Positions 8,377 through 18,751 of a DNA stretch of 63,439 bases are shown one piece after another. Source of the stretch: a virus. Lineage: Duplodnaviria; Caudoviricetes. Position 1 is the stretch's first letter, and each line of letters begins with the position of its first letter. A program made the translations under genes and the position numbers. The stretch covers positions 1-63,439 of IMG/VR virus record IMGVR_UViG_3300036466_000234; one strand, given 5' to 3'. The notes under the pieces are model-generated. The model saw nothing but the letters and a program-made list of their open reading frames with translations, was not told where the DNA came from and made no database searches.

Positions 8377-9606
8377 TTATCTGCAATCTACTATAATGCC
8401 ATGTATATCTTTTCCGACTATAAACATATTTTGTGATACAGAAGAGAACGATATATTTAATTTTTTATCAGAGTAGCTATTCTCTCCACATAGACTTGAG
8501 CTTCTCGCATAGTCACTAGTTATTAATGGGGAATGAATGTGTCCAAGCATAGCGTAGTCCGCCCATATTCCACTATATGTGAACCATCTTTCTTTAACTG
8601 ATTTGATTTCTCGATCTAGATTTGAATGTTTTATATTGTTACCATGAAGTATGATAATCTCATGTCCGTTTACATGAATCATATCTTCTAATTTATCACA
8701 ATCATTTATAAATGTAATATAGTTTTTATATTTTCTCTTTAACATTTGATATACCATATAATCTAAATTGTCTTTAGCAACATCATCTACGTTAGACATA
8801 TGTTCGTGACCTTTCATCCTAGATTCATTGCCTACAATCCCAGCCATACTTATCTCATATCCTTTATTTAATAAATACTCAACTATCTCACAATATAAAT
8901 CGAACGCCCTTAAAAATGATTCTGCTCTAGTATATTGATTGGTCAAGAGTTGATCTAATCTATCATCTAAATTCAATCCATCTCCTACCCACAAAACTGT
9001 TATGTTAGATATGTTCATAGATTTGGCATATTCTAAGGATTTATTTACATACTTAAACAATCTTTGTCTGGCGACATCCATATTAAATTCATTAGTTGGT
9101 AACGATATTTTTTGACCAAGATGGTGGTCACCAAAACATAGAATCATTTGCTTTTGTAGGTTTTCATCAATGGGCTTAATTCTGCATGGGGTGTAGTTGT
9201 CGCATCTATTATCTACATAATCCATTAATGAATCTATAAAATTAGAATATACTTCATTATTTCTATACATAGACCTGTCATCTTTTCTAAGTATTCTCAA
9301 ATCATCTCTAGACTTTTGTAGTTGTTTTCTAAGTTTTGCGTTCTCTTTTTCCAATGACTCATCTATCTCAACCTCTTCCTCTGCATAATAGTTAGGCTTA
9401 ATTTCACCCTTCCTAATTACATTTCCATCACTAATAGTTATACCTCCATCTTCAAATTGGCATAGATATTTTTTTGTACTTCTTCTACCCACCGAATGTA
9501 TACCTAGAACTTTAAATTTACCATGATAGTTGCTTTGAAATGTTTTGCCTATATACACATCTAAATCATTTTGACTAGGTATGATATTTTTATTTATTTT
9601 ATACAT
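8377..9606 (-). CDS. Calcineurin-like metallophosphoesterase with N-terminal accessory domain
   Basis: GDHHLG, VGDG, GNE, LHGN, GHIH motifs. Confidence 0.8.
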   Translation of the reverse strand: MYKINKNIIPSQNDLDVYIGKTFQSNYHGKFKVLGIHSVGRRSTKKYLCQFEDGGITISDGNVIRKGEIKPNYYAEEEVEIDESLEKENAKLRKQLQKSRDDLRILRKDDRSMYRNNEVYSNFIDSLMDYVDNRCDNYTPCRIKPIDENLQKQMILCFGDHHLGQKISLPTNEFNMDVARQRLFKYVNKSLEYAKSMNISNITVLWVGDGLNLDDRLDQLLTNQYTRAESFLRAFDLYCEIVEYLLNKGYEISMAGIVGNESRMKGHEHMSNVDDVAKDNLDYMVYQMLKRKYKNYITFINDCDKLEDMIHVNGHEIIILHGNNIKHSNLDREIKSVKERWFTYSGIWADYAMLGHIHSPLITSDYARSSSLCGENSYSDKKLNISFSSVSQNMFIVGKDIHGIIVDCR

Positions 9607-9806
9607 CTCGCCTCCCTATATTTGGATAAACTTCTGACTTTATACTATTTCAAACATTTTTTTTCTTAACTCTTGATTGCATTTTACTTTTTTAATACTT
9701 TTTTTTGTCACACTTTTTTATAGTGCCATCTTTATATAAAACCTTAGCATTAACATCTAACCACTCCCGATAAATTCATCACTTTATATAAACTTAGCTA
9801 CGGAAA

Positions 9807-10172
9807 TTAATCCGCAACTAAATCTATTTTTACATCTACACCTAACTCTGTAATTATCTCACCATGTAATTCTAAATCCCACGCTACAACATCTACAGTT
9901 TCATTAAATTTTCCATCTTCTAACCATACGGATGCTACTTCATATAAGCTATTCGGCATATAAAGAATGGTTGCATCTCTATTTTCTCTTTTCTTTAATC
10001 CATCTATAACATCTTTAATCTTGGCTTTAATGCTTAGATGTTTTACACCAATAATCTCCTTCTTTTTTTGTTTTCTCCTAGCGTGTTGCAACTCTCTAGA
10101 TTTCTTTTTCTTCTCTTGTTGTATTATAACCTTAGCTTCATTTCTTCTTTTCTGTCTACTTGAACTCATCAA
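9807..10172 (-). CDS. Basic hypothetical protein
   Basis: ORF with GGAGG RBS after the promoter at 10200-10228. Confidence 0.55.
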   Translation of the reverse strand: MMSSSRQKRRNEAKVIIQQEKKKKSRELQHARRKQKKKEIIGVKHLSIKAKIKDVIDGLKKRENRDATILYMPNSLYEVASVWLEDGKFNETVDVVAWDLELHGEIITELGVDVKIDLVAD

Positions 10173-10199
10173 TTCCTCCTAGTAATTTAATATACACCT

Positions 10200-10228
10200 A
10201 TTATAACACAATCAATTTTTAAAGTCAA
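10200..10228 (-). promoter_or_regulatory. Sigma70-type promoter TTGACT-17-TATAAT
   Basis: Consensus match with TG extension. Confidence 0.7.
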
Positions 10229-10236
10229 CACTTTTT

Positions 10237-13200
10237 TTATATCTTCACTACACTCATCGACTCTATAAAGCTATGGAACATACCCGTTTTCTGCCATTTG
10301 CCATCCACTAACATGCTTCCTTCTTTTTCTTCTGTTGCATTAACTAATATTAATTGATCTTTCTCTGCAATCATATTATCTTTTTTAACTTTATAAGTTT
10401 TAATCTCACCCGTTTTAAGGGAGAAGGTTTTAACTATATAAGTAGAGTATGGCTTTTTTCTGTCTAGTATATACATAAACTCATTTTCCATGCTAGGGAA
10501 TATCTTGCTAGTGTGACCTAGAATTTGTAATTCATTTACAGATTTTTGTATTTCTGGCAAATCTTCATTGCTTGACTCAATTTCTGCAACTATATTATAC
10601 AATTCTGACAACACTCCAACCTTTATATCAACTTCCTCATTTAACTTAAAGTATAAGTTGTCCATGTCTACTATATTAGCAACGTGGTTATATAATGCCT
10701 CTCTCTTGGTCATTCTAAGCTCTTCCGATTTAACAGATGTGTATTTTACTGCACTCTTAGTTCCTAGAGCCAATGAGAGGATATCAGACAGTTCAGATTC
10801 TGTTATACCTAACTCTATAACTCCAATCTTAGCTAAGAATTTAATATCAGTAGCAGAGATTTTTAGTTTATTATCTTTGATATAAATTATCATATCTATA
10901 ATGTTGTTAATTGTAGAATTATTCAACTCATTTAATTCCGATCTTAATCCATCATATTTTTCAACAGCTTTTGTAATGCTGCCGCTTTTGTATGATAATT
11001 TACTCTCTGAGCTAACAGTCAATTCTGCAATATCTAGCAATGCTTTTTGGTTTCCAAACTCTTTAAAAAAGTCTAGCTTGATTAAGATTGAAATATCAGA
11101 TGAAGACAATTTTATATCATTATCTTTCATATAAATGAGTAATTCAAAGAATGAATTAAACTGCATATTGTCTATTTTATTCAACTCTTGCTCTGTATTT
11201 TTAGACAACCCCTTAGCTCCATATAATCCTTCATAGATAATGTCCCTTTCTTTGTCGTATGAATATTCCATAGTAGCCTTGCCAAATCTTGGTGGCTCTA
11301 TTTTGAGGTTGGTATGCTGTTTAATGTAGTTGAATATCTCCTTCATTTTATCAGTCTTATCTTTAAACTCATTTAGATTAGCTGTGATAAATTCTTTTTC
11401 ATGGTAAGTTCTAAGCCATCCACATATAAATCCTGTTATAGAGTATGTTATAGCATGGTTATATGAAAATGAATAGTCTGAGGCTAGTTCAACTATCTCT
11501 AAAAATCCATTTACTAATTTATCACACTCGTCTCCGCTCACATTGTATTTTTGACTAAAATTATTCTTAAATCCAATCCTTATATCATTTATTAATGAGC
11601 GAGTATCTCCTTTTTTGGCCACAGCTCTTCTAACTACGTCCGCCATAGCTTCACTATAACCACAAAATTGTGTTAAGAATGATATTAAATCTTCTTGATA
11701 TATGATATACCCCGAATTGCCTTTATAAAATTCATTTATGGCTTCATGTCCGTTGTCGTACTTTTTTCCCGATAGGTAATCCTTCCTTATTGATGCTCCC
11801 GAAGGGCGTATACATCCAGAAACAAAACTCATGACCTTTATTAATTCAGTGCCACGTATATTATCTATAGCTTGTGCTAATTGTTCATGTGACTTCTCAG
11901 CTTCAAATTGAAAGATCCCAACAGGACTTTTTTTAATATTGTTCCATACATTCATATCTGTAAAGTCACAAGTTTGAGGATTCAATCTTTCCATGCCTAT
12001 ATATTCAAAAGTCTTATTTATAACGCCTATATTGGCTAATCCTAAGGCATCCGCCTTTACATACCCTAATTCTTCCAACTCTTTCATATTAAGCTGTGAG
12101 GCAGTCCTATAACCCTTCTCTGTGGTTTTATCCGTAATAGTAATCAATCCTATTTCTTTCTCTATATCTAAGTCTGAAACCAATACTCCAGCAGGGTGTC
12201 TACCTATCTTAGTAGTAGTGTCTATGGTTATATCTACATACTTAAAGAAGTCAGTATATTTTTCATCTTTTCTTGAGTCCGACACATTATTTTTAATATT
12301 CTCCACTTCTCTTAATGGTAAGTTAAAACCTCTACCCATCATATCAATAGCACCCGCTTCTTGTTCTGTGCCGAATGTTATTATGTCACTACAGTTTAAT
12401 CCATTCACACCATAAAACCATTCTTTAGCCCTATCTCTTTCGTTGGGGGCTATATCAACATCTATATCCGCCAAACTCACACGATGTTCATTCATAAATC
12501 TACTAAAACTGGTCTTAAACATTATTGGGTCTATCTCTGTAATCCCTAATAAGTACGATACGATACTTCCCGAACTTGAACCTCTGCTGTAGCCAACGTG
12601 AATCCCATCATCTTTTAATCCTCTTATCCAATCTGAGAATAACAACATATATGATTCTGCACCCATAACTCTATACACTTCTAATTCTTGAATTAATCTA
12701 TCTGCATATTCTTTATTTCCGACAAATCCTTTATTTTTAAATTCCTCTAAACATCTATCTGTCATCATCTTGATAGGATTGTCATATAGATTAGGGTATT
12801 TAAATGACTTGTCCACCTCATATTCCTCAGCCATATCATATAATACATTAGTATTAGCTAGAGACTCTTTTGCTATACTTTCATCTATCCCTTGCTTAAT
12901 ATACCCCAACAACATCTCATCATATGATTTTAATGAAAGATCAAAACTATCCTCATCTGTAAAGTTCATACCTTTAGATTGTTGCATTTTAGTTCTAACT
13001 TCACCTGTAAATTTATCTGTATAATGCACATCATTAGATGCTATCAATTTATAGCCATGCTGTTTTGATAATTCTATTAACTTCTTATTATATTCAATTT
13101 GTTCTGCATAATCATGTGGTTGAATTTCTAAGAAAAATTTATCTTTATTCTCTAACCCCCATGCTAACAACTTCTGTGCAACCTCACCTTCTATATCCCT

Positions 13201-13620
13201 AGCCAATGCAGAGGCAAGGCAAGCTGTTGCTATTGCTATATTCTCACATTCTAATACATCATCTATCATCATACGAGGTCTACGATAGAATGACCTATCC
13301 CTCTTATAAGCATTAGATATGAGTTGGTTTATTTCTCTTCTACCTTCATTGTTTAGTCCATATATGCAGAGATGAAATGAGTTATCCGCCTCCCTTGAGC
13401 TTGTTACATAACCTTCACAAGCAAATACATATTTCATTCCATTCTTCTCTAATTCATTCTTTTTCTTTAGCCAAGACAGAGCGTTTCCATGTTCTGTTAT
13501 TATTAATCCTTTCATCCCTAACTCTTTAGCACGAGCTATATAATCACTATAGCTACATGGTGAATCTGTCAATATGCTGTTACTTAAATCTGTATGTGTA
13601 TGACATGAAATCCAATTCAA
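10237..13620 (-). CDS. dnaE: DNA polymerase III alpha subunit (C-family) with PHP domain
   Basis: PHP HTHTDLS/TEHGN/NDVHY; SRGSSSGS, ADIDVD, HPAG, KADALGL, GIFQFE, YSFSYNHA. Confidence 0.96.
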   Translation of the reverse strand: MNWISCHTHTDLSNSILTDSPCSYSDYIARAKELGMKGLIITEHGNALSWLKKKNELEKNGMKYVFACEGYVTSSREADNSFHLCIYGLNNEGRREINQLISNAYKRDRSFYRRPRMMIDDVLECENIAIATACLASALARDIEGEVAQKLLAWGLENKDKFFLEIQPHDYAEQIEYNKKLIELSKQHGYKLIASNDVHYTDKFTGEVRTKMQQSKGMNFTDEDSFDLSLKSYDEMLLGYIKQGIDESIAKESLANTNVLYDMAEEYEVDKSFKYPNLYDNPIKMMTDRCLEEFKNKGFVGNKEYADRLIQELEVYRVMGAESYMLLFSDWIRGLKDDGIHVGYSRGSSSGSIVSYLLGITEIDPIMFKTSFSRFMNEHRVSLADIDVDIAPNERDRAKEWFYGVNGLNCSDIITFGTEQEAGAIDMMGRGFNLPLREVENIKNNVSDSRKDEKYTDFFKYVDITIDTTTKIGRHPAGVLVSDLDIEKEIGLITITDKTTEKGYRTASQLNMKELEELGYVKADALGLANIGVINKTFEYIGMERLNPQTCDFTDMNVWNNIKKSPVGIFQFEAEKSHEQLAQAIDNIRGTELIKVMSFVSGCIRPSGASIRKDYLSGKKYDNGHEAINEFYKGNSGYIIYQEDLISFLTQFCGYSEAMADVVRRAVAKKGDTRSLINDIRIGFKNNFSQKYNVSGDECDKLVNGFLEIVELASDYSFSYNHAITYSITGFICGWLRTYHEKEFITANLNEFKDKTDKMKEIFNYIKQHTNLKIEPPRFGKATMEYSYDKERDIIYEGLYGAKGLSKNTEQELNKIDNMQFNSFFELLIYMKDNDIKLSSSDISILIKLDFFKEFGNQKALLDIAELTVSSESKLSYKSGSITKAVEKYDGLRSELNELNNSTINNIIDMIIYIKDNKLKISATDIKFLAKIGVIELGITESELSDILSLALGTKSAVKYTSVKSEELRMTKREALYNHVANIVDMDNLYFKLNEEVDIKVGVLSELYNIVAEIESSNEDLPEIQKSVNELQILGHTSKIFPSMENEFMYILDRKKPYSTYIVKTFSLKTGEIKTYKVKKDNMIAEKDQLILVNATEEKEGSMLVDGKWQKTGMFHSFIESMSVVKI

Positions 13621-13667
13621 TACTTTATCCCCCTTATAACATAGAAGGTTGAATTAACAACCCTCTA

Positions 13668-14885
13668 TTAAAATAAATTACACCCTTCATCTTTAAATCT
13701 CTCTATCTCTTCTTTTAATTTAGCCTTAGTTGTGCCTAGAAATTCAGCTAAGCATTTTAAACACATTCTAGCATTAGTTTCCCTTCCTAACAACTTCATG
13801 TTTAACGCAATCATATCTCCACTCAATCCTTTACCACAATCACATCTGTTTTGCTTAAAGTATTTACTAGCTTTTTCATATGTGATATTCATATAATCTG
13901 CAAATTCTAAAATTACCTCATCGGTCGGAACTTCTCTTACAACACCAGCTCTCCAGTCCCCATCTAAAAATTCTTGCACCGTACAATTTTTATATATCCA
14001 TTGTTTAGTGTCTTTAAAATATTGAATTAATATCTTTTTCCATTCTTTATCATATTTAGGTAGAAAATATTTATTTAATTTTAGTTCATAATCATTCCTG
14101 TATGGACAATTAGTACACCCTACTCTACCATATCCGAATTTATATAATTGATTATATTCTATATTATTTGCTATGAGATATGACCATATATCTAAATCAT
14201 TAAATTCTATAATAGGCAAATACATATCCCAATTTTCCTGTGCCATTTTTTCTTTCCATTTACCTTTTCTGACTTGTTTATATTCACTTCTAGTCTTACT
14301 CTCATCTCTTCTCATACCTAAAATATGAAGTGTTGTAATAGTAGGGTTGAGATATTCACCTATATTCCCCTCTTTAAATACACTACAGCAAGCCCTGCCG
14401 AATCTAGTAGGTATAAATTTATTTCTCTTGCACCATTGATAGAAGCCTTCGGATGGGTTCGCTATCTCTAATTTACCACCATATGTCTTTTTAACATATT
14501 GATATGTGAAGTGTGTCTCATTTGATGTATTACCAAATAATATTCTATAATCAATACCTAATTCATCTAATGCTTGCATAGATATTTCACCACATACAGT
14601 AGAGTCTTTTCCGCCACTTACAGATATTACATATTCCTCATAATTATTACTTAATAGATACTCTTTAAATTTGTCTTTTTCATACTCAACTTTATCTTTA
14701 ATATTTTTATCATAATATATATCACAAAATTTATTATGCGTAATTAGGTTAGATATGTCTTGTGGTAACTTCTCTAAACTTCTGCCATATTTAATCATAT
14801 TCATATCTTTATCAAATCCACGATATGCCCGTTTGTCTACCCATAATAAGTTTTCATATTTACTATCAATTCCTAAAAAATCCAT
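13668..14885 (-). CDS. Phosphoadenosine-phosphosulfate reductase family protein with C-terminal Zn finger
   Basis: PP-loop SGGKDS, RACC, GMRRDESKTR, RVGCTNCP. Confidence 0.85.
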   Translation of the reverse strand: MDFLGIDSKYENLLWVDKRAYRGFDKDMNMIKYGRSLEKLPQDISNLITHNKFCDIYYDKNIKDKVEYEKDKFKEYLLSNNYEEYVISVSGGKDSTVCGEISMQALDELGIDYRILFGNTSNETHFTYQYVKKTYGGKLEIANPSEGFYQWCKRNKFIPTRFGRACCSVFKEGNIGEYLNPTITTLHILGMRRDESKTRSEYKQVRKGKWKEKMAQENWDMYLPIIEFNDLDIWSYLIANNIEYNQLYKFGYGRVGCTNCPYRNDYELKLNKYFLPKYDKEWKKILIQYFKDTKQWIYKNCTVQEFLDGDWRAGVVREVPTDEVILEFADYMNITYEKASKYFKQNRCDCGKGLSGDMIALNMKLLGRETNARMCLKCLAEFLGTTKAKLKEEIERFKDEGCNLF

Positions 14886-14970
14886 TTCTTCTTTAAATAC
14901 AGGCTTAATATAAATCTCCTCCTCTATATATAATATCTATTATAACACAAGGGATTGCATTATGCAACCC

Positions 14971-15540
14971 CTATTTTCCACTACTACCTAATTTTCCTTC
15001 TCCTCTTTCAGTTTTATCTGCCAATACCTCTTCAACCGACACTTCTGTCATTTTAACTTTAGGCACAGGCAATATTAGAAATTGTGCTATACCTTTAGAT
15101 ACAGGGTAGTCTATATACTTTTCATGTGTCTTATTTTTTAAATATTCCACATTAGTTTTAATAAATTCGTCTTTATCATCATATATTATAATTGGGCTAT
15201 CACTACAATTCGTGATAACAATATTATATACTCCCCTATACGATGAATCTATTACCCCACTCCCATATTTCATAGCTTTGACCCCTGTAGAGCCTCTCTC
15301 TTGAATTTGAGCATAGTAGCCACTATCAATTACAGTCCTTAGCCCTGTAGGAATCATAACAGTTTCCAATGAATTAATTACTAAATATCCATCATGCTCT
15401 TCTCTAATCCATTTAGGGTCGGCATATATATCGAATCCGCAATCCCCTTCCCTTCTAGTTGGAATAGGCACTTTATTGTGTTCTCTTGCAAATTTTACCT
15501 CTGTGTCATATTTTATTATCTCATCCGTATTAATCAACAT
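14971..15540 (-). CDS. dut: Trimeric dUTPase
   Basis: GFDIY, IPTG, ERGS, GVIDSSYRG, IAQFL, RGEGKLGSSG. Confidence 0.93.
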   Translation of the reverse strand: MLINTDEIIKYDTEVKFAREHNKVPIPTRREGDCGFDIYADPKWIREEHDGYLVINSLETVMIPTGLRTVIDSGYYAQIQERGSTGVKAMKYGSGVIDSSYRGVYNIVITNCSDSPIIIYDDKDEFIKTNVEYLKNKTHEKYIDYPVSKGIAQFLILPVPKVKMTEVSVEEVLADKTERGEGKLGSSGK

Positions 15541-15721
15541 TCTCTCCTTTTTTTTCTAGTAAGTTATCTTCTATTATTTCCGCATACTCATATTCTGTAT
15601 TGCAGTGCACACATCTGTACTTTTTAGTTTCCTCTTTTATTTTTACTTGTCTCATACAAGTTATACATCTAACTATTTTCATATCTCACCTCTCTCTGTA
15701 AGTTCAGATAAATTTCTGAAT

Positions 15722-15853
15722 TTATACAGGTATTTTTAATTCTTTGCAGATCTCTTTATAGTTCATTTCATCCATTAAAAATTTATACAATTTAGGGTGC
15801 GTTTGCTTAAGCTTAATCATTCTGTTTTCATCGGCACCTTCATAGCAACCTCC
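15722..15853 (-). pseudogene. C-terminal fragment of a second PAPS-reductase-like phage gene
   Basis: Manual translation GCYEGADENRMIKLKQTHPKLYKFLMDEMNYKEICKELKIPV*. Confidence 0.45.
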
Positions 15854-16149
15854 TACGCTACATCATAATGTGGGTTTCTTTGAATATCCATATTATATGT
15901 ATCAATATATCTATTTAATTCTATAGCAAAAGCCATATCTAAAAATGCCTTTTTAATATCTTCTACAATTTTATCTAGTGGTAAATTTGCATCAACAAAA
16001 ACATCATAATCTTGATTTACATAAAACAAGGATATTTCTATAAAAGATTCATCGCATTTATTGTAAATATTATATTCTATATTTTTACAACCCATAAACT
16101 CTAGCCCGATTCTCGTAAGGCTTTCCACGTTTTTTAATAATCTTTTCAT
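15853..16149 (-). CDS. Hypothetical protein
   Basis: ORF with GGAGG RBS. Confidence 0.55.
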   Translation of the reverse strand: MKRLLKNVESLTRIGLEFMGCKNIEYNIYNKCDESFIEISLFYVNQDYDVFVDANLPLDKIVEDIKKAFLDMAFAIELNRYIDTYNMDIQRNPHYDVA

Positions 16150-16158
16150 CTTAACCTC

Positions 16159-16491
16159 CTACATATACCTCTCTACAGCTTTAGCTAGCTTAGGTAACTG
16201 AATTGCTATCCAATCTATCAATTCTTCATTCCTAGCGTAGTCATTGCAAACATTCAATCCAGATTCATACATAAAAGCATGAGCAATCTCATGCCTTACA
16301 ACATGCCTATAATAAGAATTTATATCATTAAAGGCTAATGGAGAGTCGGTTTCATACAATTTGACCATTATATCTTTAGTGGTAAAATCGCAATATCCAT
16401 CACACTCTAGCAATGCCAAATCCTCTTCTTGGGTTTTATATTTTATTGTATACTCCGTACCTAACACATTCACTTTTTCTTTCTTAGCCAT
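16159..16491 (-). CDS. Conserved phage protein with HExxH motif
   Basis: DGYCD...VVRHEIAHAFMYESGL...NEELIDWIA. Confidence 0.7.
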   Translation of the reverse strand: MAKKEKVNVLGTEYTIKYKTQEEDLALLECDGYCDFTTKDIMVKLYETDSPLAFNDINSYYRHVVRHEIAHAFMYESGLNVCNDYARNEELIDWIAIQLPKLAKAVERYM

Positions 16492-17227
16492 TTATTCCTC
16501 CTAAGCAAAATTCTTTAAAGTATGGTAATGTTTCACACCAATCGCAAAATATACTCCAATCCTCAAGCTTGTGCGATTTACGCTGATTATAAATAGTTCT
16601 AAGTTGTAAATAATTAGTTGATATTCTCATAGTTTGCTCTAATCCCATAGGAGTATTAGATATTATTTTCATAAATATTTCATGCTTTGTGTATTCTTTT
16701 TTATTGTCCATCCAAACGCCCTCGCCATATTTTTCATCAAACATGCCATTATATGCAAAAGCTGAAAAATCTTGCCATTGTTCACATTGACACATCCATC
16801 CATCTGCAACTACAACCTTGTCTATATCTTTAGGAAATCCATTATAAATCTCAATCCAATGTCGCAAAATCATAATAACTTCTTCATCTACATATTTATT
16901 ACACATTTCATCAATATCCATTTTAATCAATTTGTGCATTTTAGACGTAGATGATACTATGTCTATAAAGTTATATCTTTGGAGTTGCGGTGTAAAATAA
17001 TTGGGATACTTCAAATCAAATTGTACTATAATACCCTTCAAATAATTTGAGTGTCCTGAACCTTGTGGTGTATTTCCTAACTTTATAGCTCTATTAATGT
17101 CCTTTTCTGTAATTAAATCCTCAGCGTAATCATCCCATTCACTTATTTCTTCTGCCATCATCGGATACCCACTTGATATTATACTCTCCTCTAATCCATA
17201 TACTCTAGTATTATTTATTTCTAACAT
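16484..17227 (-). CDS. ThyX-like (flavin-dependent thymidylate synthase-related) phage protein
   Basis: GHSNYLKGI...QLQRY...SSTSKMHKL...NYLQLRTIYNQRKSHKLEDW; canonical RHRxxxxxxxS motif is divergent. Confidence 0.55.
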   Translation of the reverse strand: MLEINNTRVYGLEESIISSGYPMMAEEISEWDDYAEDLITEKDINRAIKLGNTPQGSGHSNYLKGIIVQFDLKYPNYFTPQLQRYNFIDIVSSTSKMHKLIKMDIDEMCNKYVDEEVIMILRHWIEIYNGFPKDIDKVVVADGWMCQCEQWQDFSAFAYNGMFDEKYGEGVWMDNKKEYTKHEIFMKIISNTPMGLEQTMRISTNYLQLRTIYNQRKSHKLEDWSIFCDWCETLPYFKEFCLGGING

Positions 17228-17260
17228 AACCCCTCCTAAACTGTTATTTGATATGTAATA

Positions 17261-17289
17261 ATTATATCATACTTTATACTTTATGTCAA
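17261..17289 (-). promoter_or_regulatory. Sigma70-type promoter TTGACA-17-TATAAT
   Basis: Perfect consensus. Confidence 0.75.
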
Positions 17290-18044
17290 TCAATTTTATA
17301 GTATTTCTTTAAATGGCTCATTCCTATAAGTATTGCCTCAGCTTCATCTTCCACAACATCCAACCCCATCACATCTCTAACATATTCAATAGCCATGATC
17401 TTACTCTGCTCTCTGTTATGTTTGCCTTTAAAGAAGGATGATCTCCACTCATTAGGCATTGTGAGATGATATTTATACCCATCCACTATCAATCTATCAA
17501 CTATTGCACCTTGAATATTTGACAAGGCTTTATAAGACGTTACGCCTACATTGTTATGTCCCGACAGAAATATATCCTCTATGACGACTACATCCACCTT
17601 ATGTTGTTTAATACGAAACATAACCTCATTAAGCATATCATTAATTCTAATAAATTTGTCTTTATTTGACTTAGATATAACTCCCGACTCTATATAATTC
17701 ACATTATGAAAGACTGCATAACCCGTTGTACTAGTTGCCAAATCTAATGCAAATATTCCCACATTTCCACACAATTCAATCTTATTTTTATCTAGCAATG
17801 CGGTTTTAGGTTTTGACTTTGGTTTTGGTTTTCCTCTTGGTTTTGTGAATGAAAAGGTTACAGCATTATTTTTAATTTGGTTATAATCTACAACCTTAAC
17901 TTTTCCATTCACAGCAAACCTAATTCTATATTTATGTTTGGAGGATTTTATACCTAAATATTCCTCCACTACGTATATTTCTCCTGTCTTTGCCTTATGT
18001 ACGGTTTTAACAAACCCTTGATAATTAATTGCCATCGTCAACAC
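17286..18044 (-). CDS. ruvC: RuvC-like Holliday junction resolvase with N-terminal extension
   Basis: FALDLATSTTGYA, VVIEDI, PNEWRS, EDEAEAILIG. Confidence 0.8.
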   Translation of the reverse strand: MLTMAINYQGFVKTVHKAKTGEIYVVEEYLGIKSSKHKYRIRFAVNGKVKVVDYNQIKNNAVTFSFTKPRGKPKPKSKPKTALLDKNKIELCGNVGIFALDLATSTTGYAVFHNVNYIESGVISKSNKDKFIRINDMLNEVMFRIKQHKVDVVVIEDIFLSGHNNVGVTSYKALSNIQGAIVDRLIVDGYKYHLTMPNEWRSSFFKGKHNREQSKIMAIEYVRDVMGLDVVEDEAEAILIGMSHLKKYYKID

Positions 18045-18726
18045 TCCAAACTATTGCCATCATTCTAGCATATATTTCCTTCATGCATCCAATAGCCTTA
18101 TAGTCATCTATTCTACTTCCTCTTAGGTACTTGTCAGATATGTTGAAATTCTTTATTCTATTTGAGCTAGATTTGAAATATAATAACAGGTTCCTTTCAT
18201 CTTCATCTAAAGGACACCATTCCATAAAATCATTTAAACCTCTAGCTGTCCTATACTTTCTATCGGTCTTAAATATTATAGATGAGATTTCTTTTTTATA
18301 CCAAGAACGATTGGGTCTTTTGTTGGAATCCATTGTGTGATTTATATTTAATTGATCCAACATCCTAACTCTTTCTAGGAAAAACGTAGCCAATCTCTTT
18401 TGGAAGTCTGTATAGTGCAATTCTTTCATTTTAATTAATTCATACTCTGTAAAATAACTATCAATATTTTCTATTCCAGTATTCTTTTTCTTATATACCC
18501 TATACACCCTTCTAAATCTATTCAGTATTGCAATTTTAGCACCATTCTCATTCTGTATTTTATCTAACCTCTTACAATTATCTTCTATGAAGTACACATA
18601 ACAGTCTGCTATAATGTCATCTCTGCTAATTCCTGTTTTCATATTAGACAAGTCATTTACAAATTTACTTATATAAGGTTCGTTGCATCTGTCTATTAAT
18701 AAATACCAAAATTCTTCTCTAGTCAT
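18025..18726 (-). CDS. Hypothetical protein, possibly sigma-factor-like
   Basis: SRDDIIADCYVYF resembles sigma region 2; weak. Confidence 0.35.
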   Translation of the reverse strand: MTREEFWYLLIDRCNEPYISKFVNDLSNMKTGISRDDIIADCYVYFIEDNCKRLDKIQNENGAKIAILNRFRRVYRVYKKKNTGIENIDSYFTEYELIKMKELHYTDFQKRLATFFLERVRMLDQLNINHTMDSNKRPNRSWYKKEISSIIFKTDRKYRTARGLNDFMEWCPLDEDERNLLLYFKSSSNRIKNFNISDKYLRGSRIDDYKAIGCMKEIYARMMAIVWSVDDGN

Positions 18727-18751
18727 AATTCCCCCTAATAAAAAGGAGGGA

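Noticed and set aside
9610-9805. Possible ncRNA in an intergenic gap
   Set aside because: A-rich with broken reading frames and no clear stems; looks like a decayed small gene.
10568-13024. Plus-strand ORFs antisense to dnaE (and similar shadow ORFs throughout the window)
   Set aside because: Ser/Ile/Leu-rich translations without RBS, typical of antisense frames of AT-rich genes.
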